From positions 2,645-66,644 of IMG/VR virus record IMGVR_UViG_3300043640_000353: a stretch of 64,000 nt of DNA, one strand, 5' to 3'. Positions within the stretch are counted from its first letter, which is position 1, and every line of letters begins with the position of its first letter. The DNA is from a virus. Positions 38,276 to 46,967 of this stretch are shown here, one piece after another. Made by a program: the position numbers and the translations under genes. The notes below the pieces were generated by a model. The model worked only from the letters and a program-made list of their open reading frames with translations, did no database searches and was not told where the DNA came from.

Positions 38276-38650
38276 TTAGTAGTCCTTAGCGGACAGGTAA
38301 TTTGCTTTCTTGAAGGTGGTTAATTCTTTTTCCACTTTGGCTTCAGTAATACCTTCAAGCTTTCCTTTCTTTGCCAAATTCAGATTCTTTTCAAGCTTTG
38401 TCAACGTTTTCCGGGCTTTGGTTCTGAAAGCTTTACGTTTTTCGATTGTATCGCAATCTTCAGGGTATTTATATACCAGATTCTTTTTATCCGTAATCTT
38501 TTTAACAAGGGCTGTGGTATTTGCCTTATCAACCTTGTTTTCCTGTTGTTTTTTGGTTTTAAGTTTTGCAATTTTTTCTTTTGAAGCTTTCATTACTTTG
38601 GTATCTGCTACAATTGCTAATAGGGTGATACCCGGGATTAAATTTTTCAT
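38276..38650 (-). CDS. Lys-rich protein with YKYPEDC motif (124 aa)
   Basis: Motif shared with 45325-45801; promoter TTTG-N18-TAAATTTG at 38722-38693. Confidence 0.75.
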   Translation of the reverse strand: MKNLIPGITLLAIVADTKVMKASKEKIAKLKTKKQQENKVDKANTTALVKKITDKKNLVYKYPEDCDTIEKRKAFRTKARKTLTKLEKNLNLAKKGKLEGITEAKVEKELTTFKKANYLSAKDY

Positions 38651-38735
38651 GGCTTGTTTTTTTAAGGTTATTATTAATATTTAATTATACTGCAAATTTA
38701 TAATGTATTAAACCCATACAAAAGGAGCTTAGGAA

Positions 38736-39017
38736 TTATTTTCCTGTAAAAACTAAGGCCAAAATTGGTTCCTCTTCATCAGCTTCTTCCTCGGTTGAGG
38801 GAGAGATGGTTAATTCCCCAACATAGCCAGAATATGATATTGCCATATCCAATATATTATCCCCACTTACTGGAATTACCACTTGGGTATTACTTCTATC
38901 CCCATGGTTATATTTAAAGGTAACAGGAAGGTCATCATCGAAGGAATCAAGTAATTCTTTTAATTCCCTAACCGTTATCGCTTTGGATAACTTTTGTTTA
39001 ATTTGTTCTTTTGTCAT
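38736..39017 (-). CDS. Hypothetical protein (93 aa)
   Basis: Promoter TTTG-N18-TAATTTTA at 39073-39044. Confidence 0.7.
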   Translation of the reverse strand: MTKEQIKQKLSKAITVRELKELLDSFDDDLPVTFKYNHGDRSNTQVVIPVSGDNILDMAISYSGYVGELTISPSTEEEADEEEPILALVFTGK

Positions 39018-39090
39018 GGTTTTAAGATTTTATATTTATAGGATAAAATTAATATAAATATGTACCATACAAAAGGAGCTTAGGAAATAT

Positions 39091-39540
39091 TTATTTTCGG
39101 CCTTCGGGATTTAAATCATGAATGAGGTAATTGTTAATTTTAAGGCTTATCTCCCAGGCCAACAAAACGAATTGCTCATAATGATCAGCTTTTGCCTCAT
39201 GTTTGTGAAAGAATTTTTTATGGTAGGGTGGATTTGTTTTATATCCACCTATTATTAGATGGCCTAATTCATGGGATACATAAGATAGGATTAATTTTAA
39301 ATCAGCCCGATAATGAAATAGAAGAACTATCTCATTGACATCTTTATCCAAAAAAGCATAGGCATCAGCAAAATTTTTGGTGAATCTTTTTCTTAAATAT
39401 TCTTGGATAATATTTTCTTTTCTTTTGGAAAATGCTAAAGCTGATTTTGGATAATTATGATAATAGGCTTTCCTATCAGTATAAATGATAATAGAATGTC
39501 CCTTGTGTTTAAATTCATGGGGGGTATTATTTTTAGGCAT
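39091..39540 (-). CDS. Putative zinc metallopeptidase (HExxH; ImmA/IrrE-like)
   Basis: VSHELGHL and downstream HEAKADHY. Confidence 0.6.
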   Translation of the reverse strand: MPKNNTPHEFKHKGHSIIIYTDRKAYYHNYPKSALAFSKRKENIIQEYLRKRFTKNFADAYAFLDKDVNEIVLLFHYRADLKLILSYVSHELGHLIIGGYKTNPPYHKKFFHKHEAKADHYEQFVLLAWEISLKINNYLIHDLNPEGRK

Positions 39541-39624
39541 TTCCTTCAGAATTATGGTATTTATATGTGTTACCCTTATTTTTCCTTCTGATTTGAAATT
39601 TGGATAACTTATTTAATCGGCAAT

Positions 39625-40008
39625 TTATTTTTCGTGTTCTTTGATTAAATTGGGATTTAATTTATATGCCCAGGTTGAAATATTACCTTTCTTTATATTA
39701 TGAAAGTATATATTCCTTTTAGGCTTTCTTATTAAAAGATTTGTTGAATGATACAGTTTACTAAGGATACTGGATAATTTAGATATTTCTGTTCTGGTAT
39801 AATTACCATCTTTGTATAGGTTTTTAGCTAGGGATATTGAAGTAAACCATAAGCCAGTTCCCATAAATGGTTGAATCATTTCCCAATCTCTTAATCTGGC
39901 TGGTGTTAAAGGTTTTGATAATCTATCCTGGGATATTAATCTGTATGGATTTATCCATACAGATTGGGCATTTATTGCCTGAATAGGTGAGTTAATACTT
40001 TTTTTCAT
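39625..40008 (-). CDS. Hypothetical protein, possible winged HTH (127 aa)
   Basis: ORF track; FTSISLAKNL...EISKLSSILSKL. Confidence 0.55.
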   Translation of the reverse strand: MKKSINSPIQAINAQSVWINPYRLISQDRLSKPLTPARLRDWEMIQPFMGTGLWFTSISLAKNLYKDGNYTRTEISKLSSILSKLYHSTNLLIRKPKRNIYFHNIKKGNISTWAYKLNPNLIKEHEK

Positions 40009-40181
40009 TTAATGGTTTGTTCTATATGAGTTAATCCCTGAATTATGATAAGACAGGCTGTTACAATTAGGGTAATTAATTTCCAAATTTGTATATCCAA
40101 TAAAAATACCTGAATTCCCAATAAAGAGGATATTCCAAATATAAGTAGAAATAAACCCCATATAAATTTTCTATTTTCCAT
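40005..40181 (-). CDS. Small two-TM membrane protein (58 aa); absent from the ORF track
   Basis: MENRKFIWGLFLLIFGISSLLGIQVFLLDIQIWKLITLIVTACLIIIQGLTHIEQTIK; ATGA overlap with the next gene. Confidence 0.65.
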   Translation of the reverse strand: MENRKFIWGLFLLIFGISSLLGIQVFLLDIQIWKLITLIVTACLIIIQGLTHIEQTIK

Positions 40182-40259
40182 ATTTTTTCTTAGGCAAAAG
40201 GCTCGTTATCACTTGGGGGTTTATTAAAAATATTATAGCCACAAAAATTATTATTAAAA

Positions 40260-41216
40260 TCATGTTAAAAGGTTTTGGTTTAAGTTATTTGTATTTAACC
40301 CTTTATTAATATCCATGCTATATCCAGCTCTAAAACCCTTTTGTTTCCCATCTTCAGATTTAGAATTTCCCCTGCTACTACCTTTACCCTTTGTAAGTTG
40401 AATATTCTGATCTATATATTTCTGTATAGCATCAGATTTGATATGGATTAGGTCTGTTATGGGATTATTTCCCTGGCTTAACTTTGGTATAGCCTCTATT
40501 TCCATTAGATCTCTTTGTTCTTTAAGTTTTTTATAAATCCCAGTTACGGCTCCCGATAAGAATCCCCGGATAAAAGTATTTTTCTTTTCCCTTTCCTGTA
40601 TCGAATTAAATAATGAATCATCTTTGTACCTATGGGCAGCAACCTTCATCATTTCTGTTTTCTGCTCATATTCTTTCCAAGCTTGTTTAGCTAGGGGTCT
40701 TATTCTTGAAATAAGCTGATCAATAATATATTGAGCCATTTCTATATTGATTTTCTCCCCAATAATTTTTATCCCCAGTATTTCTTTAGGTTTTCCGTTT
40801 CCTGTAAAATGCCTATCTCGCCAAGCCCACCAAGTATTTGAATCATAATTGGGATCATTTACATTGCTTATGGGTCTTGGATCAATTTCGGAATAAACAT
40901 TAGATGACCATTGGGATAAGTTAATTGCTCTACAGAAATTGTATCTGCAGATACCATGATATAATAACCTTATCCAATCTCCTTCATTCTTTACTAATAT
41001 CTTATCTGCCCCAACCTCATTATCATCCACCTTTGGCTTATCTTCCAAATCTATATCTGACATGGAAAGGTTGTATTTCATCATGAGCTCTGCTACTCTT
41101 TGTGTGGCATTTTCCAATTCCGCCAATGAATCTCTTTTCTTTGCATCAGCCTGAAAAGCCAATAGGATTTTTATCCTTTTTAGGATATCTTCTGGAATTT
41201 CTTTATTTTCTGCCAT
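40260..41216 (-). CDS. DUF2786-domain protein (318 aa)
   Basis: KRIKILL...ELENATQRVAELMMKYNLS; C-terminal KNTFIRGFLSGAV. Confidence 0.75.
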   Translation of the reverse strand: MAENKEIPEDILKRIKILLAFQADAKKRDSLAELENATQRVAELMMKYNLSMSDIDLEDKPKVDDNEVGADKILVKNEGDWIRLLYHGICRYNFCRAINLSQWSSNVYSEIDPRPISNVNDPNYDSNTWWAWRDRHFTGNGKPKEILGIKIIGEKINIEMAQYIIDQLISRIRPLAKQAWKEYEQKTEMMKVAAHRYKDDSLFNSIQEREKKNTFIRGFLSGAVTGIYKKLKEQRDLMEIEAIPKLSQGNNPITDLIHIKSDAIQKYIDQNIQLTKGKGSSRGNSKSEDGKQKGFRAGYSMDINKGLNTNNLNQNLLT

Positions 41217-41463
41217 TTTTTAGGATTTTAATTTCAATTGGATGTAATAATCCGGGGATTTTAAATGAATATCCATTTTTAAGGATAACCCATTTAGCCG
41301 GGCTAGCCATAGCAGGATACTTTTTACCTATATATGTATGAATCTCATCCCAAGTTAGTTTATCCGCTAGCTTAATGGATTTAAAACCCATACCTTTCTT
41401 TTTTGAGTACCTGGCAAGTTTTGCAGATATATTATATAATCTTTCATTTACACCTAACCCCAT
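41203..41463 (-). CDS. Hypothetical protein (86 aa)
   Basis: Promoter variant TTAATTTTACC upstream. Confidence 0.65.
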   Translation of the reverse strand: MGLGVNERLYNISAKLARYSKKKGMGFKSIKLADKLTWDEIHTYIGKKYPAMASPAKWVILKNGYSFKIPGLLHPIEIKILKNGRK

Positions 41464-41501
41464 GATTGTTTCTTTATAAATTGTTTTGGTAAAATTAAGT
41501 A

Positions 41502-41855
41502 TTAAAATAGGTTTTCCCTATTAGCCCTTGTTTTTCTGGGATATAAAACATTGGAGTTAATGTGCGGTTTTATTTTAATACTTGTAACATTACCTTTTAA
41601 TTTAGCTGCCCATTTAGCCTTTACTTCTTCAATCTTATTTGGATCTTCCACAAAAACTTTAGTACGATCATTTATCTGAACCCATACTCCTTTGGATTTT
41701 ACCTCTTCTTTAATTTTAGCTTGTGCCCATCTTTTATGACATACCTGGCCACAAAAGTTAGAATTATCCAACCCTAATTTCCTTTTACATTGTAGGCATC
41801 TGTTTTCCATTAACTTTCTTTGATATGGGGCCTTTTTGTTATTTGATGTTTTCAT
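41502..41855 (-). CDS. Hypothetical Zn-finger protein (117 aa)
   Basis: CLQC...FCGQVC motif. Confidence 0.65.
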   Translation of the reverse strand: MKTSNNKKAPYQRKLMENRCLQCKRKLGLDNSNFCGQVCHKRWAQAKIKEEVKSKGVWVQINDRTKVFVEDPNKIEEVKAKWAAKLKGNVTSIKIKPHINSNVLYPRKTRANRENLF

Positions 41856-41860
41856 TATTG

Positions 41861-42106
41861 CTAGTGATTTTCTGTAAAAAACTTTTGTGATTTATATACT
41901 TCATAAATAGAATCTGCTAGAATGCTTAATTCCTTGCGGCATTCAACTTGTTTAAAGTTCTTACTTAGATTATACATTATCCTATATTGTCGGTAATATT
42001 TTACCTTACGATGTAGGTAATCCAATGATAAGCCAAAAAGGAAAATTAAAATTAAGGATAGAAATAAGCCTATAATAAATAGGAAAATTTTGAGATCATT
42101 TGACAT
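41861..42106 (-). CDS. Single-TM membrane protein (81 aa)
   Basis: N-terminal hydrophobic segment. Confidence 0.6.
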   Translation of the reverse strand: MSNDLKIFLFIIGLFLSLILIFLFGLSLDYLHRKVKYYRQYRIMYNLSKNFKQVECRKELSILADSIYEVYKSQKFFTENH

Positions 42107-42121
42107 AGTTAGAGTTTAAAT

Positions 42122-42520
42122 TTATTGGTCATATTCTGTTCTTATTATCTCCCTTACATCATCTTCAGTAAGTGGGGTTTCTTGTTCCTGTTGTTGAATC
42201 CACATTTGTTCTGTGGCTTTGTTATCTCTTAATTTGAAATCTTTACCGGCAGGTCGGATCCATTTTATTTTCTGGGGCTTTTCTGGGGGTTGTGTTGTTG
42301 AAGGAGGGTTATTTATAGGGTACCAATGTCCCCCGGTAAAAATCATATCCTTAACTGAATCCGGAGTTATAAATTTATTATTTTCCCAATCATAGGTATT
42401 GGGATTATAATTATTGGATTTAGGTTTATCTGGTTTTATTGGGGTATTCCGGGTTAATAGATATCCACCTATTACTATAGTAAATAGGATAATGTAATTA
42501 AATTTGAGCATAAATTTCAT
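42122..42520 (-). CDS. Membrane-anchored/secreted protein (132 aa)
   Basis: N-terminal TM; Pro-rich linker; C-terminus carries the 41-bp repeat. Confidence 0.65.
   Translation of the reverse strand: MKFMLKFNYIILFTIVIGGYLLTRNTPIKPDKPKSNNYNPNTYDWENNKFITPDSVKDMIFTGGHWYPINNPPSTTQPPEKPQKIKWIRPAGKDFKLRDNKATEQMWIQQQEQETPLTEDDVREIIRTEYDQ
42138..42178. repeat. 41-bp exact direct repeat (other copy 46397-46437)
   Basis: GTTCTTATTATCTCCCTTACATCATCTTCAGTAAGTGGGGT; flanks differ on both sides. Confidence 0.95.
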
Positions 42521-42664
42521 ATTTTGATTTAAGGTAAAATTAATTGATAATTAACCTATATGAAAGGAGCTTGAGAAATAAAAATCACTTTAATTGGATT
42601 ATACCCGCCTGATGATTAATAAAGAATTCCATCCCATTTACTTCTATTATCTGTAATTGGTATC

Positions 42665-42820
42665 TTATTTGATTGTATCACAATTAATGGTGTGTTCGAT
42701 ATAAATAAACCCTTCCTCATCCGTATAGGATATAACAGATTCGATATGTTGACTACCGATAGTTTTACAAGAGCCCATCAGGAATAATGTGATCAGGGTT
42801 AGGATGAAGAAGGGTTTCAT
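42665..42820 (-). CDS. Small predicted lipoprotein (51 aa; possibly frameshift-truncated); absent from the ORF track
   Basis: MKPFFILTLITLFLMGSC is a type II signal peptide with a lipobox-like Cys. Confidence 0.6.
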   Translation of the reverse strand: MKPFFILTLITLFLMGSCKTIGSQHIESVISYTDEEGFIYIEHTINCDTIK

Positions 42821-43031
42821 ATCTCTAAGTTTATTTTCCCAAATTAAAAATAACTTGAACTATCTTACATATACCAAAAATATGTGATAGGCAGTATATT
42901 GGTTTGATTAATACTAGCATTATTTGGAAATGTTTTACCCTGATCTAAGCTATGAGAGTAAAATAATGTAAGGAGATTACCAATCCCCATTATATATACC
43001 ATAACCAATAATGTAATTAAAGCTTCATACA

Positions 43032-43328
43032 TTATCCTCTTGTTAGTTTAATTGTTTTTACCTTTTGGCTCTCTGTCAAGGGTTTAATGTGTTGTTCAAA
43101 GAATTTACCATGAGATTTAGCAGCCTTGAATGTAAACCATAATTCTGAAGGAAATGGGCTATATTCATAGCAACCGCCTTTATGGAAATCAATTCTACAA
43201 GTTTTACTATCCTTTTCATATCCGATTTGTTTAATCCGAGTAGAATCTACGGGGATCATTTCCGTTACAACCGAGGGGATATATTTCTCGGTTGATTTAG
43301 GTTTTTTAACTCTCTTTGTCTTTGTCAT
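43032..43328 (-). CDS. KTSC domain protein
   Basis: MIPVDSTRIKQIGYE...F.KGGCYEY...P..W..F..AKSHGKFF..HIK. Confidence 0.9.
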   Translation of the reverse strand: MTKTKRVKKPKSTEKYIPSVVTEMIPVDSTRIKQIGYEKDSKTCRIDFHKGGCYEYSPFPSELWFTFKAAKSHGKFFEQHIKPLTESQKVKTIKLTRG

Positions 43329-43368
43329 GTTTTTTTTGTTTTTAGGAAATATTCAGTTAATAAACCCA

Positions 43369-43719
43369 TCATGATCCCTTTACAATGGATTGGCAATTAA
43401 TAAGTATTGCCTTATTGGGATCAGTCCACCGTTGTTTTAAAAGGATTTGATACCCCATTGGATATACAAATATAACATTATCCGCCTTAAGCCAAAGATC
43501 ATGTACGTTTTGTCTAAACATTTCTATGCCCTGAACCCTAAAATCCAAATTTGGGTCATTTACCTTTTGTTGGTAGTTATTGGTTAGATCATCCTCAGTA
43601 AGTTGGAGAATAGTAGTCATATTAATTGGGTAGTAGGTTAAAATTTTCGGATATTGATATTTTCTTCCAAAGATTGGTTTTGGCATCTTTATGACCCTTG
43701 TTTGAATATCGATGGTCAA
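43369..43719 (-). CDS. Hypothetical protein
   Basis: ORF track; real start probably the later MTTIL. Confidence 0.5.
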   Translation of the reverse strand: MTIDIQTRVIKMPKPIFGRKYQYPKILTYYPINMTTILQLTEDDLTNNYQQKVNDPNLDFRVQGIEMFRQNVHDLWLKADNVIFVYPMGYQILLKQRWTDPNKAILINCQSIVKGS

Positions 43720-43984
43720 AGTTGAGTAATATATGCTTAATGGATGCTAAATGGCGTGACCCTAGTGATACAATAGAATCGGGTTTAGATTTTAGTTTAT
43801 CAAACACCCTTAGCATTTCTGAGATATCTGAATTAACCTTTAGGTTATCTATTTCTATACCAATTTTATCTGCATATTTTTTACATCCGTTTTGGGAGGA
43901 GATTCTGAGGAGAGATTTTATTTGGATTTCACAAATATCCTCAATAATTTGTTCTTGTTCTAAAGTTAAAATGGCTTTCAGCAT
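43622..43984 (-). CDS. Hypothetical protein (120 aa)
   Basis: ORF track. Confidence 0.6.
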   Translation of the reverse strand: MLKAILTLEQEQIIEDICEIQIKSLLRISSQNGCKKYADKIGIEIDNLKVNSDISEMLRVFDKLKSKPDSIVSLGSRHLASIKHILLNFDHRYSNKGHKDAKTNLWKKISISENFNLLPN

Positions 43985-44007
43985 AGGAAGAATTTTTTTT
44001 TAAATAA

Positions 44008-44100
44008 GGGTATGGGAGAATTACTGACCAAATGGGTGCGGCTCTAAACCATCGGGTACTTGCATATTCTCCCACCCCTTTCATACGCCCTTGGCAGGCG
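44008..44100. ncRNA. Candidate structured intergenic RNA
   Basis: GC-rich; TGGGAGAAT (44013-44021) pairs with ATTCTCCCA (44066-44074); inner ACC/GGT and ATGG/CCAT stems; adjacent CGCC/GGCG hairpin. Confidence 0.35.
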
Positions 44101-44107
44101 ATAATCC

Positions 44108-44389
44108 CTAATGTGTTCTTTTTAAAATCTCTTTACGAATGGGTTTATATTGAGCCATTGCCTTAATAAATGAGGATACCGAACCATCGAAATGAATACC
44201 ATGTTTTCTGAAAAGATTAATCTGGGTTTTAGATGGTCCCTTTCTATCCACCATTGCTTTGGGTTTTTCATCTTTTACTTTGGGTACTTTGATTTCTGAT
44301 TTTTTAACTTTTGCTTTTCCCCGGGTTATTTTTTTATTGTCTTTTTTGGGACTAACATTTTGGGGTTTTTGTGATTCAGTTTTTGCCAT
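44108..44389 (-). CDS. Lys-rich hypothetical protein (93 aa)
   Basis: Promoter TAATTTTG at 44420-44413. Confidence 0.65.
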   Translation of the reverse strand: MAKTESQKPQNVSPKKDNKKITRGKAKVKKSEIKVPKVKDEKPKAMVDRKGPSKTQINLFRKHGIHFDGSVSSFIKAMAQYKPIRKEILKRTH

Positions 44390-44464
44390 GATATTTATAT
44401 ATTTGATTTAAGCAAAATTACTAATTTTATTTTAATAGAAATCCCAGCTACAGAAATAAATATC

Positions 44465-45235
44465 TTAGGTAGAGGTTACCTTATTTTCTTTATCAACGGC
44501 TGGTTTCCACCTTTCAAAGAATTTGGTTGGTTTTAATTCTGGATTTAATTTCATCTTTCTTATCTCCAGGGAATATCTATCCCTCTCATCTTGAACCATA
44601 AAATGGGGGAATCTTAGGTGGGCAATTTTCTTAAAATTTATACTGGATTTCTTAGCCCATGGTAAGGTAATCTTTTCTGAAAATTTTCCATAGGTATAGA
44701 TTTTAAATACCCCTGGTTTACCAATAAAGTCCAGGGCAATTACAAGTTGAGGATCATATTTATCGGCCTTTGGATCTTTACCTTCTTTAAGAAGTCTGAT
44801 CATGTATTGGAATTTATCCTCATGAGCTGATTGCTCAGTTCCTTTAGCACAAGGTATTTCTGTACCAATCTCCCTGTCAAGTATAAATTGTGCTGTTACG
44901 AATTTAAACCCTCTTTCACGAAGATATTTGATTACCTCATCTTGGATTTTAAATTCCTTTACTTCTTTGATGACCTGAACAATAGGCTCAATATCCACTT
45001 CCGGAGTTTTGGATTTCTTTATTTTTTCAGGGATGGGTAAATCTCCCAGGAATTTATCCAGATAAGATTTGAAAGAATTAATATCAGTCTGATCTCTTAG
45101 GGTAATTTCCATGCTTATGGGTCCTTTATGCTTTTCAGATGGGCCATTATAGAATTCTGTATCCTGATCAACCAGCCTATCCTTTAAGACTATGAGATTT
45201 GAATCAAGGGATTTTATACGCATCTTTGCTTTCAT
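44465..45235 (-). CDS. Hypothetical protein (256 aa)
   Basis: Long ORF with an A-rich leader. Confidence 0.75.
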   Translation of the reverse strand: MKAKMRIKSLDSNLIVLKDRLVDQDTEFYNGPSEKHKGPISMEITLRDQTDINSFKSYLDKFLGDLPIPEKIKKSKTPEVDIEPIVQVIKEVKEFKIQDEVIKYLRERGFKFVTAQFILDREIGTEIPCAKGTEQSAHEDKFQYMIRLLKEGKDPKADKYDPQLVIALDFIGKPGVFKIYTYGKFSEKITLPWAKKSSINFKKIAHLRFPHFMVQDERDRYSLEIRKMKLNPELKPTKFFERWKPAVDKENKVTST

Positions 45236-45263
45236 TGGCTTTGAATTTATAAGTTAAAACTAA

Positions 45264-45297
45264 GAAAGGGCACCGTGCTAAATACGGATACCCTTTC
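45264..45297 (-). terminator. Rho-independent terminator
   Basis: GAAAGGG-CA-CCGT-loop-ACGG-ATA-CCCTTTC. Confidence 0.65.
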
Positions 45298-45324
45298 TAT
45301 TGGAAGAATAAATTAGTGGAGCGT

Positions 45325-45801
45325 CTAATCTTCTTCTTCCTCTTCTTCTGTTTCTTTTTCCGCTTTTTTGGATTTACCGGCTTTTTTATCCGATTTTGCA
45401 TCCTTATCTTTGGATTTCTTTTTATCCTTTCCTTCACCTTTTTCGGCTTTAAGGGCTGCCTTTGCTTCAGCTTTTACCCGAGCTCTTTCGGTTGTACGGA
45501 ACTTCTTTTTATCCTCCGCTGTTACGCAATCTTCGGGATACTCATATTTGGATACTCTTTCAACTTTTTCCTTTTTTTCTTTTGGTGGCTTGGCAGCTTT
45601 CTCTGCTTTAGCAACTTTCTTTTCCCAATTGGATTTTTTTGTTGCCAATGCCTCATCTGAAGGAACTTCTTCCTCTTTCAGGTTGTTGGTTTTAAGGAAT
45701 TTTTTGTAATTCTTTTTTACTTCAGCCAATACCTCCTTGGGAGTTTGAGCTTCTGTAGTTTCGGCTGTTGCCTCTGCTTTTTTGGATTTTTCTTTTGACA
45801 T
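45325..45801 (-). CDS. Highly charged Lys/Glu/Ala-rich protein with YEYPEDC motif (histone H1-like composition)
   Basis: Composition; motif shared with 38276-38650. Confidence 0.75.
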   Translation of the reverse strand: MSKEKSKKAEATAETTEAQTPKEVLAEVKKNYKKFLKTNNLKEEEVPSDEALATKKSNWEKKVAKAEKAAKPPKEKKEKVERVSKYEYPEDCVTAEDKKKFRTTERARVKAEAKAALKAEKGEGKDKKKSKDKDAKSDKKAGKSKKAEKETEEEEEED

Positions 45802-45872
45802 TTGGATTTTTGTTTTTAAGTTAATAATCGGTATTTATGATGTGTTAGGATAAATTAATAGTTGAACTCCTC

Positions 45873-46252
45873 CTAATCCCTATTTTTCTGAACATTTACT
45901 AGATTTAAAATTCCCGGCTGAACTTCCTTTACCTTTATATTGAAGGGGGAATGACCATATTTATACCTTATAAGCACTCTAGCCTCTTGCATAGTTATGG
46001 AAGTAAAATAAGTTTGGTATTCCATAATTTTCTCCTCTTGCTCCACTTTCCAAGCTATTACCACTATATTATTTGATATGCCCAAATTTAAAAGCTTATT
46101 TTTGTAATGCCCCAATTTATCCGATAATTGGGTAAATCTTTTATGGTAAATCCCCGCTCTATGTTTCCCGGGTGGATATTGAGCCTCTAAAGCTATTAAA
46201 CTCTTTTGAGTTTCATTTATAATGTTTCCCCAATCTATAATCTTGTTTTCCA
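45873..46252 (-). CDS. Hypothetical protein (likely start MENK at 46252)
   Basis: TAATG coupling with the upstream small ORF. Confidence 0.6.
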
Positions 46253-46381
46253 TTACAAAGCTGTGTATAGGATTATTAAAAATAGCCAACTCATGATACC
46301 AGTGATTATGGCAAATAAATTACCCTGAAAGAATAGGCAATCAAGGATAAATGATTCTATAATTTTAAATAAATGATCCAT
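46253..46381 (-). CDS. Small membrane protein (42 aa); absent from the ORF track
   Basis: MDHLFKIIESFILDCLFFQGNLFAIITGIMSWLFLIILYTAL. Confidence 0.5.
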   Translation of the reverse strand: MDHLFKIIESFILDCLFFQGNLFAIITGIMSWLFLIILYTAL

Positions 46382-46383
46382 GG

Positions 46384-46440
46384 TTATAAATTTAAGGTTC
46401 TTATTATCTCCCTTACATCATCTTCAGTAAGTGGGGTCAT
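46384..46440 (-). CDS. 18-aa mini-ORF made largely from the 41-bp repeat
   Basis: MTPLTEDDVREIIRTLNL; its stop is 2 nt before the next ATG. Confidence 0.4.
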   Translation of the reverse strand: MTPLTEDDVREIIRTLNL

Positions 46441-46618
46441 CGTGTTTGTAAAAGGTATAAATAATATCACCCCTTATGATAGAATTAATCCCAGAAGATA
46501 GGGGTAATGGGGTTGACGAGCTAATTTGCCAACCATTATAAAGGATTTTTTCTAACTCTTTAATAGAATTGTTAATACAATCATCATGACCTCTAAATTG
46601 GTATACCAAATGTTTCAT
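46424..46618 (-). CDS. Hypothetical protein (64 aa)
   Basis: ORF track. Confidence 0.6.
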   Translation of the reverse strand: MKHLVYQFRGHDDCINNSIKELEKILYNGWQISSSTPLPLSSGINSIIRGDIIYTFYKHDDPTY

Positions 46619-46630
46619 TATCTTATGGAT

Positions 46631-46897
46631 TTACAAAATTGTTTCAATTGGGTTTTCTTCTCGAAAGTTTAAGTTATCAGCCAAAATTGCCCGGGCTATA
46701 AATTCACTAGCAATAATATGGGATCCAAACCAGTCAGAAGAATGCCTGGCATTGGGGTTAATGCAATAATTCCAATTAGGTATTCTCCACCATCCTAACC
46801 TCATCCTTTCAACCTTAAATCTTTTTTCAAAAGGCCCAATAAATTCGAATCTTATTATCCTATACTGATGGGTTTTGGATTTATAAATTGTTGACAT
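46631..46897 (-). CDS. Hypothetical protein (88 aa)
   Basis: Promoter variant upstream. Confidence 0.65.
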   Translation of the reverse strand: MSTIYKSKTHQYRIIRFEFIGPFEKRFKVERMRLGWWRIPNWNYCINPNARHSSDWFGSHIIASEFIARAILADNLNFREENPIETIL

Positions 46898-46967
46898 ATT
46901 ATTTGTATTTATTTGATAGGGTAAAATTAATACAATTTTCCTGATTAAAAAAGGAAAATATATTCGG

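Noticed and set aside
38154-42572. AAAGGAG motifs as Shine-Dalgarno sites
   Set aside because: They lie on the strand opposite the genes and sit at the -33/upstream position of minus-strand promoters
15074-46437. 41-bp duplicates as CRISPR spacer/protospacer pairs
   Set aside because: No flanking direct repeats or cas genes; both copies are in frame in coding sequence
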